Below, piece by piece: positions 19,145 to 29,307 of a stretch of DNA of 64,000 nt; positions within the stretch are counted from its first letter, which is position 1; every line of letters begins with the position of its first letter. Source of the stretch: Candidatus Heimdallarchaeota archaeon (GTDB lineage Archaea > Asgardarchaeota > Heimdallarchaeia > Hodarchaeales > Hodarchaeaceae); the NCBI GenBank assembly GCA_020353515.1, contig CP070695.1, positions 4,189,913-4,253,912 of the forward strand, written 5' to 3'. A model generated the notes under the pieces. The model made no database searches. It saw only the letters and a list, made by a program, of their open reading frames with translations, and was not told the origin of the DNA. A program made the position numbers and the translations under genes.

Positions 19145-20350
19145 ATGAAATTCTCAAATTTAGATAAAGTACTTTTCAGCATATTAGCAGCCTTAATTGT
19201 TCTCTTTAACCTCTTTAAGGAATCTCTTGATCCATTATTACTTGTTTTTTTTATGTTCATTGGTTTAGTGATTGCTATTCTTGCTTCTGAAAAAGCAGTT
19301 GGAGGAGTAGAGATTCTCGGCAAGAAACTCGGATTAACACCCTATGTTTCTGGAGTATTATCAAGTCTAGCGAGTAATTCACCAGAACTAGCAATTGGTG
19401 CTTTTGCAATTTTGAGTGGTAAGGTGGAATTTGCTATTGCTTTCATTATCATCGCTACTGGTTTTAATATTCTCATGTTAGGATTATTAGTAATCATTGG
19501 TAATTTTAAAAGGAAGGGAGCAATTATTATTCCTGAAGAGGTTATTGATGTTGAAGTACCAATTGTGAGGGTAGCAATTGTTATCGTCGGATCTATTTTT
19601 GTGTATGGAATTGTTTTATTTGTTCTCGAAGTCTTTGAAATAGCAACATCACCTTCAGGTGAACACACTATACCTCTCCTTCCCTACGAAGCAAATGTCA
19701 TAATGGTTTTAGTCTACATCCTTTATTTATTTTTCATTCTAAGACATAACCTCCAGAAAAAGACTCGATCAAATCTTGATAGTCAAGAAAAAGGAGAACC
19801 TCATGTTATTGAACCTTCAGTCAGTCGAAATTACTTAATCTTTGTATTAGTTGTAGCATTTGCAATGATCTTTTTCGCGGGAGAAATGATATCTTCTTCA
19901 GTTGAACATTTCCTCGCTCAGGATCCGATATTTAATGAATTCCAGCTTGCATTTTTTATAGGTGCAGCAGCGTCTATTCCTGAACACGCAATAGCCCTCC
20001 TCGCTGTTAGACATGAAGGAGGAATTGAACTAGGATTAGGTAACCTTATTGCAGGAAGTATGCAGAATCTCTTATTAATGACTGGATTGGTTTCACTTTT
20101 CTCATACGTAGCATCTTTACTCGGAATACCTGGTAACAATCCTCAAGGGATTCCATTGATTCATGAAGTCGCTGGGGAAATTCCCATCCCATTCCTTCTG
20201 GTTCAATTTGGTTTCGCATGGTTACTCTTGTTTCTAATTAAATCTTCTATGACGGATGACAGACGTCTAGACGTATACGAGGGATTTACTATCACTGTTG
20301 CTCAAGTCTTTGTCTTCATCATTTTCCTGCGTGGTATTCTGGCGTTTTAA
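19145..20350 (+). CDS. Ca2+/cation antiporter (CaCA superfamily)
   Basis: Alpha-repeats LASNSPE and AASIPE...GNLIAGSMQN; ~11 TM. Confidence 0.85.
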   Translation: MKFSNLDKVLFSILAALIVLFNLFKESLDPLLLVFFMFIGLVIAILASEKAVGGVEILGKKLGLTPYVSGVLSSLASNSPELAIGAFAILSGKVEFAIAFIIIATGFNILMLGLLVIIGNFKRKGAIIIPEEVIDVEVPIVRVAIVIVGSIFVYGIVLFVLEVFEIATSPSGEHTIPLLPYEANVIMVLVYILYLFFILRHNLQKKTRSNLDSQEKGEPHVIEPSVSRNYLIFVLVVAFAMIFFAGEMISSSVEHFLAQDPIFNEFQLAFFIGAAASIPEHAIALLAVRHEGGIELGLGNLIAGSMQNLLLMTGLVSLFSYVASLLGIPGNNPQGIPLIHEVAGEIPIPFLLVQFGFAWLLLFLIKSSMTDDRRLDVYEGFTITVAQVFVFIIFLRGILAF

Positions 20351-20393
20351 GGCTCCCCTCCCTCTTTTTTCTCATCTTAACCCATATCGTTAC

Positions 20394-20528
20394 TCAGCGC
20401 ATAAAACACAGATATCGTACTCTTTCTTTATCCCATTTCCTTCTTGATTCTGCGATAAGTACTGCTTTTCTCTCTATATCTGTTTTATACTTTCGACAAC
20501 GATTTAGTTTCTTTGTGCATGAGTACAT
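20394..20528 (-). CDS. 44-aa basic microprotein, copy A (not in ORF track)
   Basis: MYSCTKKLNRCRKYKTDIERKAVLIAESRRKWDKERVRYLCFMR; paralog about 300 bp away. Confidence 0.55.
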   Translation of the reverse strand: MYSCTKKLNRCRKYKTDIERKAVLIAESRRKWDKERVRYLCFMR

Positions 20529-20694
20529 GTAACTCTATGTACTTCATATTATACTAATTATATTAAACCTTGTATGATGGAATTTTCTAGAAGAATTTTA
20601 ACTACCTTTGAATGTGTCAGCTGACCGATTAGCAGGCTTTGATTGAGTTAATTTTATAAAATTAAATTCCCTCTCGTCCCATTTTTTCTGATTC

Positions 20695-20832
20695 TTAGCA
20701 AAGATATCTTAGAACTCTTTCCTTGTCTAATTTCCTTCTTAATTCTGTGATTATTACTGCTTTTCTCTCTATATCTGTTTTATACTTTCTAGACTTTCTA
20801 GGGCCACCTAGATTCTTAGTACTTGAATAAAT
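20695..20832 (-). CDS. 45-aa basic microprotein, copy B (ATT start or pseudogene)
   Basis: IYSSTKNLGGPRKSRKYKTDIERKAVIITELRRKLDKERVLRYLC; frame conserved relative to copy A. Confidence 0.45.
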   Translation of the reverse strand: MYSSTKNLGGPRKSRKYKTDIERKAVIITELRRKLDKERVLRYLC

Positions 20833-20981
20833 GCAAATCTATATAAAATTAATCCAACGCTATAAATGATTTCTAAATAAAAATAGAATCTCTTCAGATC
20901 TTAAACTGGGTTATACTGTTACTGTTTGTTTCATAAAAATTCCAATTCACCTAATCTGAATTTATAAGCTAGCAGGAACAG

Positions 20982-21368
20982 TTAAAAGCTGATGAACCAG
21001 TCCACAACTTTCTGGTTCTTAATTGAGAGAAAAATTCTTTTTCCTTCTCGGATTCGAGATATTAAACCTGCATCCTCCAGCAATGAGAGATGATGAGACA
21101 CCGTTGCTTGAGCAAGATTCGTTAAATATTCAAGTTCACAAGGACATTTTACACTATTATTTATGGCTGCTAGAATTTGAATTCGAACTGGATGGTTTAA
21201 AGCTTTTATTTGTTTTATGAATTCTTTGAACTGTGTTTGTTCCTCTAAAGTGTTGAGCTTGCTTTTAAGGATCTTTAATTCCTCTATTCGATTCGGAACA
21301 GACTTCCAGTCTACCAATTCTGAGTCTAGCAGGTCTTTTAATTTTTCTTTCAGTACCGAAACACTCAT
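20982..21368 (-). CDS. arsR: ArsR/SmtB family transcriptional repressor
   Basis: KALNHPVRIQIL, CPCEL metal(loid) box, QATVSHHLSLLEDAGLI; divergent from the ars operon. Confidence 0.9.
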   Translation of the reverse strand: MSVSVLKEKLKDLLDSELVDWKSVPNRIEELKILKSKLNTLEEQTQFKEFIKQIKALNHPVRIQILAAINNSVKCPCELEYLTNLAQATVSHHLSLLEDAGLISRIREGKRIFLSIKNQKVVDWFISF

Positions 21369-21467
21369 TTTAGAATAGGCCTCAATTCATTTCTAAATAT
21401 CAAAATTCGCTCTAAAAAGATATCCTGATGATTATATCAAAATATTTATGCCTCTTCATAATTTTAA

Positions 21468-21513
21468 ATATTTCGATATTTCGATATGTTTATATATCGA
21501 AGATTATCGATAT
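21468..21513 (+). promoter_or_regulatory. ArsR operator overlapping the TATA box of the ars operon
   Basis: ATATCGA-N6-TCGATAT inverted repeat (21494-21513), further TTCGATAT copies, TTTATATA at 21489-21496. Confidence 0.65.
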
Positions 21514-21546
21514 GATTTGAAAAAACTCTCGAAGAAGGACAAATAC

Positions 21547-22923
21547 TTGGTTGATATCGTTGGAATGATTCAAGGAGCACTAGAGAGTGCTATAGGAACT
21601 CTACTGGATTACCTCTCTCTTCATGTGTTGCTTTGTCTTGTTCCTGCTTTCTTTATTGCCGGAGCTATGGCTTATTTTATTCCTAAAGACTTAATTACAC
21701 GATATATAGGAAAAGATGCTGACCCGAAAATAGCCTATCCTATGGCCATGGCTGGAGGTTTCCTGTTAGCAGTCTGTAGTTGTACAGTTCTCCCGTTATT
21801 TGTGAGTATTTGGAAACGGGGAGCAGGGTTGGGGCCAGCGATAACTTTCTTGTTTGTTGCACCTGCAATTAACATTCTTGCACTGACTTATACAGGAACC
21901 CTTATAGGAATGGACATTGCCATAACACGAGGAATTCTAGCTATGTTTTTTTCTATCTTGATTGGGTTAATTATGGCGACTGTTTTTGGAAAGGAAATAG
22001 ATCAAAATAAGAGTCACATAAATAATCCAGTCAGTATCACTACAGATCTAACACAACAACCCAATATTACCGATAAAATGGAGGTTTCTAAATCAAACAT
22101 TCTTTTAATTATTGGACTAGGAATCGCTTCGATATCTTTAGCTACCTTAGATTCTAATACAATTAGCACTCTGGGTAATACTCTTTTCTCGGGGTTGACC
22201 AGAATAGTTCCATTTCTTCAGACCCCGCCTCTTCTTCAAACCATCATCTTTCTCTTAGGCTTGTTGATTCTCATTATTCTAACTTTCAAAATTCCTAGTA
22301 AGGAATTAGTACTGTTTCTCTGGTTAGTGTATATACTAATGACAGGCACATCTCAAATCACATATTTTTCCGAGGATCTTAGTCTATTGGGTGTTGTCAT
22401 AAGTTCCGCTATAAGTAATATGATGATTAAACTCCTCTTGACAGGGTTGGTGGTTCTTGGATTACTTCTTTTCGTATGGAACAAGTTTGATACAGATGAC
22501 ATTAATGCTTGGCTCTTCGAGACGTGGATCTTTATAAAATCCATTTTTCCTTTAATTATAGTGGGCGTGGTCATTGCTGGCTTTGTAAAATTCTTTATTC
22601 CCCCTGAATTAGTGATAACACTGGTAGGACGTAATACTGTTCTCGCAAATCTAACTGGTGTCCTGTTTGGTGTGTTTATGTACTTTCCCACATTGATGGA
22701 GGTACCTATTGCCCGAATATTTTTAGACCTGGGTATGGCTCGTGGGCCATTGTTAGCATACTTATTAGCAGACCCAGAATTGTCCATACAGAGTATTCTT
22801 GTGACTCGGAAATATTTGGGCGATAAAAGAAATACATTTTACATTATCTTGGTAACAATATTTACTACTCTTGCTGGATTAATTTTTGGATTGTTCTTAG
22901 GCCAAGGAATAGGTTTATGGTGA
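21547..22923 (+). CDS. arsP: ArsP/DUF318 family permease with an internal multi-TM insertion
   Basis: HVLLCLVPAFFIAG, AVCSCTVLP, GAGLGPA, PAIN, MYFPTLMEVPI; TTG 21547 with AAGGA RBS preferred because 21448 lies upstream of the promoter. Confidence 0.85.
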   Translation: MVDIVGMIQGALESAIGTLLDYLSLHVLLCLVPAFFIAGAMAYFIPKDLITRYIGKDADPKIAYPMAMAGGFLLAVCSCTVLPLFVSIWKRGAGLGPAITFLFVAPAINILALTYTGTLIGMDIAITRGILAMFFSILIGLIMATVFGKEIDQNKSHINNPVSITTDLTQQPNITDKMEVSKSNILLIIGLGIASISLATLDSNTISTLGNTLFSGLTRIVPFLQTPPLLQTIIFLLGLLILIILTFKIPSKELVLFLWLVYILMTGTSQITYFSEDLSLLGVVISSAISNMMIKLLLTGLVVLGLLLFVWNKFDTDDINAWLFETWIFIKSIFPLIIVGVVIAGFVKFFIPPELVITLVGRNTVLANLTGVLFGVFMYFPTLMEVPIARIFLDLGMARGPLLAYLLADPELSIQSILVTRKYLGDKRNTFYIILVTIFTTLAGLIFGLFLGQGIGLW

Positions 22924-22960
22924 TTATTGATGCCGATATAATAAATTGAGGTTTAGGAAA

Positions 22961-24013
22961 ATGAGTAAAACAAAAACTGTAACTGGAGAAATGTCAATAT
23001 TGGATAAATTTCTCCCAGTGTTTATTATTGCAGCCATGATTCTAGGACTGTTCATGAATCGGCTATTACCCAATATTCAGGATATTTTCAGCCAAGTTCA
23101 AATTGACACTGTCTCGCTCCCCATTGCTGTTGGACTGCTCTGGATGATGTATCCAGTATTAGCTAAGGTGCAATACGAGAAGATTCCTCAGGCACTCCAA
23201 GAATATAAACTCTTTGGTACATCACTTGTTCAGAACTGGATCATTGGCCCGATTCTCATGACATTACTTGCATGGATATTTTTAGCGGATTATCCTGGGT
23301 ACCGAGAGGGAATAATCCTCGTTGGGTTAGCTCGATGCATCGCAATGGTTCTAATCTGGAATATGCTTGCTGGAGGAGACGCAGAAAAATGTGCCATTCT
23401 CGTAGCTCTTAACAGCGTCTTTCAAATTTTCTTCTACGCCATTTATGCTTGGTTTTTCATTGGGATTACGAATATCGACATTTTAGATATTGCGCGGAGT
23501 GTCTTTATTTTCTTAGGTATACCCTTAATTGCTGGATTTTTAACGAGAGAAGTATTCCGTCGTCGAAAGGGTGATGATTGGTACAACAGTGTCTTCATTC
23601 CGAAACTTGGCCCAACAGCTATAATTGGTTTGTTATTCACGGTGGTAGCAATGTTTTCTATGCAGGGCGAAAAAATCCTTGGCCAACCATTGGATATCTT
23701 GATTATTGCTGTTCCTCTCTTTATCTACTTCTTTGGGATGTTCCTACTAAGCTTTCTCCTCTCGTTTCTCTTAAAGTTTAATTATTCCGAAACGGTTACC
23801 CTCTCGTTTACTGCAGCTTCAAATAATTTTGAACTCGCCATTGCGGTTGCCATCGCTACTTTCGGGATCAATTCAGATCAGGCATTAGCTACCGTGGTTG
23901 GGCCTCTGATTGAGGTGCCTGTATTATTATTATTGGTGTATCTAGCTCTTTGGCTTAAGCAATATCTTTTCAAAACTGAAATTCCAAGTACTGAACCAAG
24001 TAATGTTTCGTGA
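22961..24013 (+). CDS. acr3: ACR3 family arsenite efflux transporter
   Basis: GLLWMMYPVLAKV, QNWIIGP, GLARCIAMV, ASNNFELAIAVA, VVGPLIEVP. Confidence 0.95.
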   Translation: MSKTKTVTGEMSILDKFLPVFIIAAMILGLFMNRLLPNIQDIFSQVQIDTVSLPIAVGLLWMMYPVLAKVQYEKIPQALQEYKLFGTSLVQNWIIGPILMTLLAWIFLADYPGYREGIILVGLARCIAMVLIWNMLAGGDAEKCAILVALNSVFQIFFYAIYAWFFIGITNIDILDIARSVFIFLGIPLIAGFLTREVFRRRKGDDWYNSVFIPKLGPTAIIGLLFTVVAMFSMQGEKILGQPLDILIIAVPLFIYFFGMFLLSFLLSFLLKFNYSETVTLSFTAASNNFELAIAVAIATFGINSDQALATVVGPLIEVPVLLLLVYLALWLKQYLFKTEIPSTEPSNVS

Positions 24014-24052
24014 AATAAAAAATGATGTATAAATCAAAAGAACGGAGGTTTA

Positions 24053-24307
24053 ATGGATATGACAAGAATATTAGAAGTTTTTGGACCTGGTTGCGCAAAA
24101 TGCAAGGCCTTGAAAAAAAGTACAGAAGAAGCTGTTGAAAAACTAGGCTGGCAAGATGTAGAAATTCTCTATAACACTGATATGGGTGAAGTAATCCAAA
24201 GGGGAATAACTGCTACCCCCGCATTAGCCATTGATGGGAAAATAGTGCTATCTGGTCAGTATCTTCCTACAAATAAACTTGTACAACTACTTCAAGAAAT
24301 TGTATGA
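24053..24307 (+). CDS. MTH895-like small thioredoxin-fold redox protein
   Basis: GPGCAKC, TPALAIDG. Confidence 0.85.
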   Translation: MDMTRILEVFGPGCAKCKALKKSTEEAVEKLGWQDVEILYNTDMGEVIQRGITATPALAIDGKIVLSGQYLPTNKLVQLLQEIV

Positions 24308-24331
24308 AACTCTCAAGTGAAAGAGATTAAA

Positions 24332-24583
24332 ATGACATGTCCTAAAGTTGAAGTATTCTCCCCTGCAGAAGCTTGTGGTTGTTCATTTGCTGTGTGGATT
24401 GGAAAGGTCTGGGATATTCTTTTGAAATATAAGGATCAACTTGAAATTGTGAGTCTGACCTCTGATTCTCCCCAGGCACACGAACTTGGAGTGGGTGGTC
24501 GAACTGTTGTGATTAACGGCGAAGTCACCCCAGTTTTCTTACTTGAGCGAAAAATCCAAGAACTACTCTATCGAAATCATTGA
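24332..24583 (+). CDS. Small thioredoxin-like protein with a CxC motif
   Basis: VEVFSPAEACGC, TVVING; lies within the ars operon. Confidence 0.6.
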   Translation: MTCPKVEVFSPAEACGCSFAVWIGKVWDILLKYKDQLEIVSLTSDSPQAHELGVGGRTVVINGEVTPVFLLERKIQELLYRNH

Positions 24584-24694
24584 TGTTGAATGATGTTACT
24601 TAATGGAGACAATCATAATGACCGCTAGTTTTCAGTTTGGAGCAGCCTAATTAGATAACGGAGATGTAAACCCCTATCTCAAAGTGAGAAAAAC

Positions 24695-25567
24695 ATGGAT
24701 TTTGCTTCTATCTATTTTCCTATTCTCGGTTTTGTGGATCCAGATCAAATTGGGTTACTTATCTTCTTTCTAGGTGGTTTAGCTACTGCAATATCCCCTT
24801 GTTTGTTTCCAATACTTCCTATCTCGCTCATTCGCATGTTTGGTGCCGATTCGCGTAAGAAAGCACTAACAATAACTTCGGTGCTTGTTTCAGGTGAAAT
24901 CTTGGCTTTTCTGTTTTTATTTTTTGCCATCTCTCTCCTTTCTGAATTTTTAAGACAAAATTTCCTCAATTTAAATGCTATTATGGGTGTTATATTAATA
25001 ATAATAGGTATTTTTCTGATAGTTCCTGAATTACGTGAGCTTAGCGCCAAATTACCCAATCCTCAGTTAAGCATTGGTAATGACTCAGTTAGATATCTTG
25101 ATGCTTTTATTTTAGGTTTTGGATACTGTTTAATAGCAGCACCATGTGCAGGAACAATTTTTGCCTCTTTAACATTTCTCATTCTTGCTGGGGAAAATTT
25201 AATGTTCAAGATATTCTGGTTCCCAGTATTCGCTCTAGGTCTTGCCTTACCATATTATGTTCTTGCATTTTCTGCTAGTGAATTTCGAATTCAAATTGCC
25301 CAATGGATTGTTGCGAGAAATAATGTCATTAATATTGGAATGGGTTTTCTCCTAGTTGTTTTTGGAATTGGAATGATATTAGCTCGGTTTACTGGGACTC
25401 CTTGGTGGCACTTGTATGGAGACGCTCTTACGGGAGTACTGGTATTATTACTCCTCTTTTTTGCGTCTGTTGCCTTAATCTTCTTTTCCCGTCATCGTAG
25501 GGTGAAAAACATTAAAAATTTGGAATTTTCTGATCAAGAATTCTCACAAAAGGACGAAAAAGAGTAG
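24695..25567 (+). CDS. ccdA: CcdA/DsbD-type transmembrane disulfide electron transporter
   Basis: ISPCLFPILP and AAPCAG cysteine motifs, FALGLALP. Confidence 0.85.
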   Translation: MDFASIYFPILGFVDPDQIGLLIFFLGGLATAISPCLFPILPISLIRMFGADSRKKALTITSVLVSGEILAFLFLFFAISLLSEFLRQNFLNLNAIMGVILIIIGIFLIVPELRELSAKLPNPQLSIGNDSVRYLDAFILGFGYCLIAAPCAGTIFASLTFLILAGENLMFKIFWFPVFALGLALPYYVLAFSASEFRIQIAQWIVARNNVINIGMGFLLVVFGIGMILARFTGTPWWHLYGDALTGVLVLLLLFFASVALIFFSRHRRVKNIKNLEFSDQEFSQKDEKE

Positions 25568-25589
25568 AATAAATGATAAGGTGGCTTGA

Positions 25590-26246
25590 TTGAGTCGTAG
25601 ACAGAGACGAAGAATTCCAAAAGGGAAGAAAGAAGAAAATTCGTCTTACGAAGAAGTTCTTGAAGGATTAGATCGTATCCAGAACAGAATGAAACGGGAA
25701 GTCAAGAGTAAAGTTGTGAAATCAAGGAGTTATTTTAACATATTCATCATCCTTGCAGTTGTTGTAGTAATTTCAAGCATAGGAATAGGGGTATTATTTC
25801 CAACTATCCCTCAAAACTCTTCTTCCAATAAATCCTCCGAATCCACAGGTGAAAATCCTTCAACGGATACATTGAAATTAATATTTCAAGATTTAGATAG
25901 TACTAACTTTAATCTAATTCAGTATCGTGGCCAACATATTATATTAGATTTCATGGGAACATATTGCGAACCATGTGCAAAGCAAATTGAAATTCTCAAA
26001 GAGTTTACAGAACAGTATCCTTATGTAGTCATCATATCAGCATCTTCCGAAGATATTACTCATCTTGCTACATATAAGACGCAAAATAAAATATCTTGGA
26101 AAATTGTTAAGGATATTTATAGTGTTTCAACTACACTTCAGATCACCTATATTCCTACCATAATTCATTTTTCACCAGAATATACAGAAACGCATCGAAA
26201 TGTAGGATTGACTGATGTAGAAACACTCTCCTCATGGGTTTCTTGA
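25590..26246 (+). CDS. Membrane-anchored TlpA/ResA-like thiol-disulfide oxidoreductase
   Basis: Single TM, ILDFMGTYCEPC, IPT cis-Pro motif. Confidence 0.8.
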   Translation: MSRRQRRRIPKGKKEENSSYEEVLEGLDRIQNRMKREVKSKVVKSRSYFNIFIILAVVVVISSIGIGVLFPTIPQNSSSNKSSESTGENPSTDTLKLIFQDLDSTNFNLIQYRGQHIILDFMGTYCEPCAKQIEILKEFTEQYPYVVIISASSEDITHLATYKTQNKISWKIVKDIYSVSTTLQITYIPTIIHFSPEYTETHRNVGLTDVETLSSWVS

Positions 26247-26310
26247 ATTAAAATGGAATTAAGTAGATAAACAATTCTACAACAAAAAATACATTGTTTT
26301 TTTTTCTCTC

Positions 26311-29079
26311 TCATCCACTAATAGGTTGAGAGCTTTCAGTTATTTTTGATTGAGCCAATTTTACAAGATCTAAGATAACAAATCCAATAATAACAATAAC
26401 AAAGATCATTACCCAATTTCCTAGTGAGAGAGCCACAAATCCGAAAATCTGGGCCACTGGTTTGACATATATTATGAAAAGATGAAGTATGAACGCTGAA
26501 AAGACGGCTACTAACAAATAAACGTTATTAATGGGATTTGTTAAAAATACACTCTTACCATCGGGAGCTCGTGAAACAAAAACTTGAAATAATTCGAAAA
26601 CAACTGAAACTGTTAAAGCTAGGGTTCTAGCGAGAGCTAAAGTTTCAGGATTCTCAAAGGCTGCTGGATCGAATTGCAAAAAGAGGATCATTGTAGCGAA
26701 AAATGATATAATCCCAGCAACTAAAGAGAAAACCAAAATTTCCCCGAGTAGATTACTTTTTCGTCCTCTGGGTTTTCGTGCCATGACGTCTGGATCTCCA
26801 GGATCAACTGATAAGGCAAGTGCTGGAAGACCATCAGTAAGCAGATTAATCCATAATATACCTAATGCTAAATATGGGGAAGGTAATCCTAATATTACTG
26901 TCGCTGTGAACACGACTAGGATCTCATCAAAGTTTGAGCTGAGTAAATATCGGATAAACTTCTTCATATTGTCATAGATTGTGCGTCCCTCTTCGACAGC
27001 TGATACAATTGTAGCAAAGTTATCATCCATGAGTACCATATCACTTGCTTCTCGTGCCACATCTGTTCCAGTTATTCCCATGGCAACCCCAATATCAGCT
27101 TTTTTTAGTGCTGGAGCATCATTAACCCCATCACCTGTCATTGCAACTACCAGACCAAACTCATCTTGGAGAGTTTCCACGATTTTACGCTTAATTCCTG
27201 GAGAAGCTCGAGCACAAACATCTAGGTCTTTTAAAACTTCAATGAATTCTTCATCAGTCATTGCTTCAAGCTCTGACGAGGTATGAGCTAGATAAAACGT
27301 ATCTTCGTAAGGTTTTAGATCGAGAGACTTTGCAATAGCTAAAGCTGTGTCTAATTGATCCCCAGTAATCATTATGATACGAATACCAGCGTTTTTACAT
27401 TTTGCAATGGCTTGTTCGACTTCTAGTCGAGGAGGGTCAATCATCCCAACTAATCCAACAAAAGTCATGTTTGTTTCAACAATATCTTCGGTAAAATCAG
27501 TTAAATCATTTGATAGATTTCTTTGTGCTAAGCCAAGAACCCGAAAAGCTTGGCTTCCTAATTGCCTATTCGCTTCAGTAATTTCCTCACGAATTTTATC
27601 ATCAAGGGGAACCACAGAATCTCCTAGAAGAATGTGAGAACAATAATTCAAAATAATCAGAGGTGATCCTTTCATGAAGGCCCAAGTTTCTTCTAAATCT
27701 GGCCTTTTTCTGCTGAAGACCATTGTCATACGTTTACGATCACTATCGAAGAAAATTTCTCCGTCAGTCTTCAATTCATACCCAGCTTCCCACCGATTCA
27801 CAAGAGCAGCTTTCATAGCGGTTACGATAAGTGCTCCTTCAGTTGGGTCTCCCTCACAAGTCCATTCATTAGTCTTAGAAGAAAACTGGATAGATGCTGT
27901 ATTACACAATGCACCAGCTTTTATAGACTGATATAAATCCTTATGCTGTTGAACATCTAGTCTTGATTTTTCTTCAATATGAATAAAATTTCCTTTTGGT
28001 AAATACCCTGTACCAGTCACTTCTACAAAACCTAGTGCGGGGGTCCAAATCCGTTGAACAGTCATTTTATTCTGAGTAAGAGTTCCGGTTTTATCTGTAC
28101 AAATTACTTCTACACTGCCTAATGTCTCAACAGCTGGTAATTTTCTAATAACAGCCTTTTTCCTAGCCATTCTTTGGACACCAATTGCCAGAGTGAGAGT
28201 AATGGCTGCTGCTAATCCTTCAGGAACAGCAGATACTGCTAAAGCAATAGCTGTTTCAACTACCTCAATGATATTTTCCTCTATTCTTCCTAGTTGAGCT
28301 ATAAAAACAATAGAGACAACAACTAATACAATAATACCTAGAACCTTTCCTAAACGAGATAATTGGGTCTGTAAAGGAGTAGGTTGCTCTTCAGTTTCAA
28401 TTGTTGATTGTGCAATCTTTCCCATTTCAGTTTTCATACCAGTGTTTACAACAAGAGCCTTTCCTCTTCCTTTCACAGTAGTTGTACCCATAAAAGCAGT
28501 ATTGGTTCTATCTGCAATAGGAATCCGTTCATTGGATATGGAATCTATTGTTTTATCAACAGGTACCGATTCTCCAGTAAGAAGCCCTTCTTCTACTCTA
28601 AGCCGACTAGCTTCAAAAATACGTCCGTCAGCGGCTATTGTCTCCCCCTCATACATCAACAAAACATCCCCTGGCACAAGGTCTCGAACATCAACTCGAA
28701 CTTCTTTTCCATCTCTAATAGCTAGAGTATCATCTCCCGTGAGTTCCTTTAACTTTTCAAGCGCTGCTTCTGCACGATATTCCTGAACGAATCCTAAAAC
28801 GCCATTTAATAATACAATTACTACTATAATTAAAGCCTCAATATACTCACCAAAGAGCAGTGATACCAAAGTAGCAACAAGAAGAAGTATAACTATAAAA
28901 TCTTTAAATTGGAGCAGGAACATCTTGTATGGAGACATTTTCTCTCCAGATACTAGCTCATTCGGGCCATATTCTGTCAATCGTCGTTGAATTTCTTCTG
29001 TAGATAGTCCATTTTCCAGATTGGTGTTAAGTTCTTCTGTTAGAGTTTCAATATCCAATGAATGAAATAACTGCCTCAT
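26311..29079 (-). CDS. P-type IIA Ca2+-translocating ATPase
   Basis: TGES, VPEGL, DKTGTLT, KGSP, TGDGVNDAPALKKAD, LSSNFDE, WINLLTDG. Confidence 0.95.
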   Translation of the reverse strand: MRQLFHSLDIETLTEELNTNLENGLSTEEIQRRLTEYGPNELVSGEKMSPYKMFLLQFKDFIVILLLVATLVSLLFGEYIEALIIVVIVLLNGVLGFVQEYRAEAALEKLKELTGDDTLAIRDGKEVRVDVRDLVPGDVLLMYEGETIAADGRIFEASRLRVEEGLLTGESVPVDKTIDSISNERIPIADRTNTAFMGTTTVKGRGKALVVNTGMKTEMGKIAQSTIETEEQPTPLQTQLSRLGKVLGIIVLVVVSIVFIAQLGRIEENIIEVVETAIALAVSAVPEGLAAAITLTLAIGVQRMARKKAVIRKLPAVETLGSVEVICTDKTGTLTQNKMTVQRIWTPALGFVEVTGTGYLPKGNFIHIEEKSRLDVQQHKDLYQSIKAGALCNTASIQFSSKTNEWTCEGDPTEGALIVTAMKAALVNRWEAGYELKTDGEIFFDSDRKRMTMVFSRKRPDLEETWAFMKGSPLIILNYCSHILLGDSVVPLDDKIREEITEANRQLGSQAFRVLGLAQRNLSNDLTDFTEDIVETNMTFVGLVGMIDPPRLEVEQAIAKCKNAGIRIIMITGDQLDTALAIAKSLDLKPYEDTFYLAHTSSELEAMTDEEFIEVLKDLDVCARASPGIKRKIVETLQDEFGLVVAMTGDGVNDAPALKKADIGVAMGITGTDVAREASDMVLMDDNFATIVSAVEEGRTIYDNMKKFIRYLLSSNFDEILVVFTATVILGLPSPYLALGILWINLLTDGLPALALSVDPGDPDVMARKPRGRKSNLLGEILVFSLVAGIISFFATMILFLQFDPAAFENPETLALARTLALTVSVVFELFQVFVSRAPDGKSVFLTNPINNVYLLVAVFSAFILHLFIIYVKPVAQIFGFVALSLGNWVMIFVIVIIGFVILDLVKLAQSKITESSQPISG

Positions 29080-29307
29080 GGTAAAGACGTTCCTGCTTTA
29101 GTTTTTTTTCTGATATTGCATTAAAAAACATGATTTTTCCAGAATTAATGGATTATTTTAATAATAAAGATTTACCATCAAAAAGCATAATCAGAAATTA
29201 ATACTTTTTTGAAAAGAATCGAAACATTTTTTTGTCAAAAAACAATAAGAATGGAACCAGTAATTGTAGTTCTAAAGAATTAAAAATGTGTTAGGATTGG
29301 AAACGAT

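Noticed and set aside
20394-20832. CRISPR array or IS ends from the direct repeat
   Set aside because: Only two copies about 295 bp apart, direct rather than inverted, with no cas or transposase gene; better explained as paralogous small ORFs.
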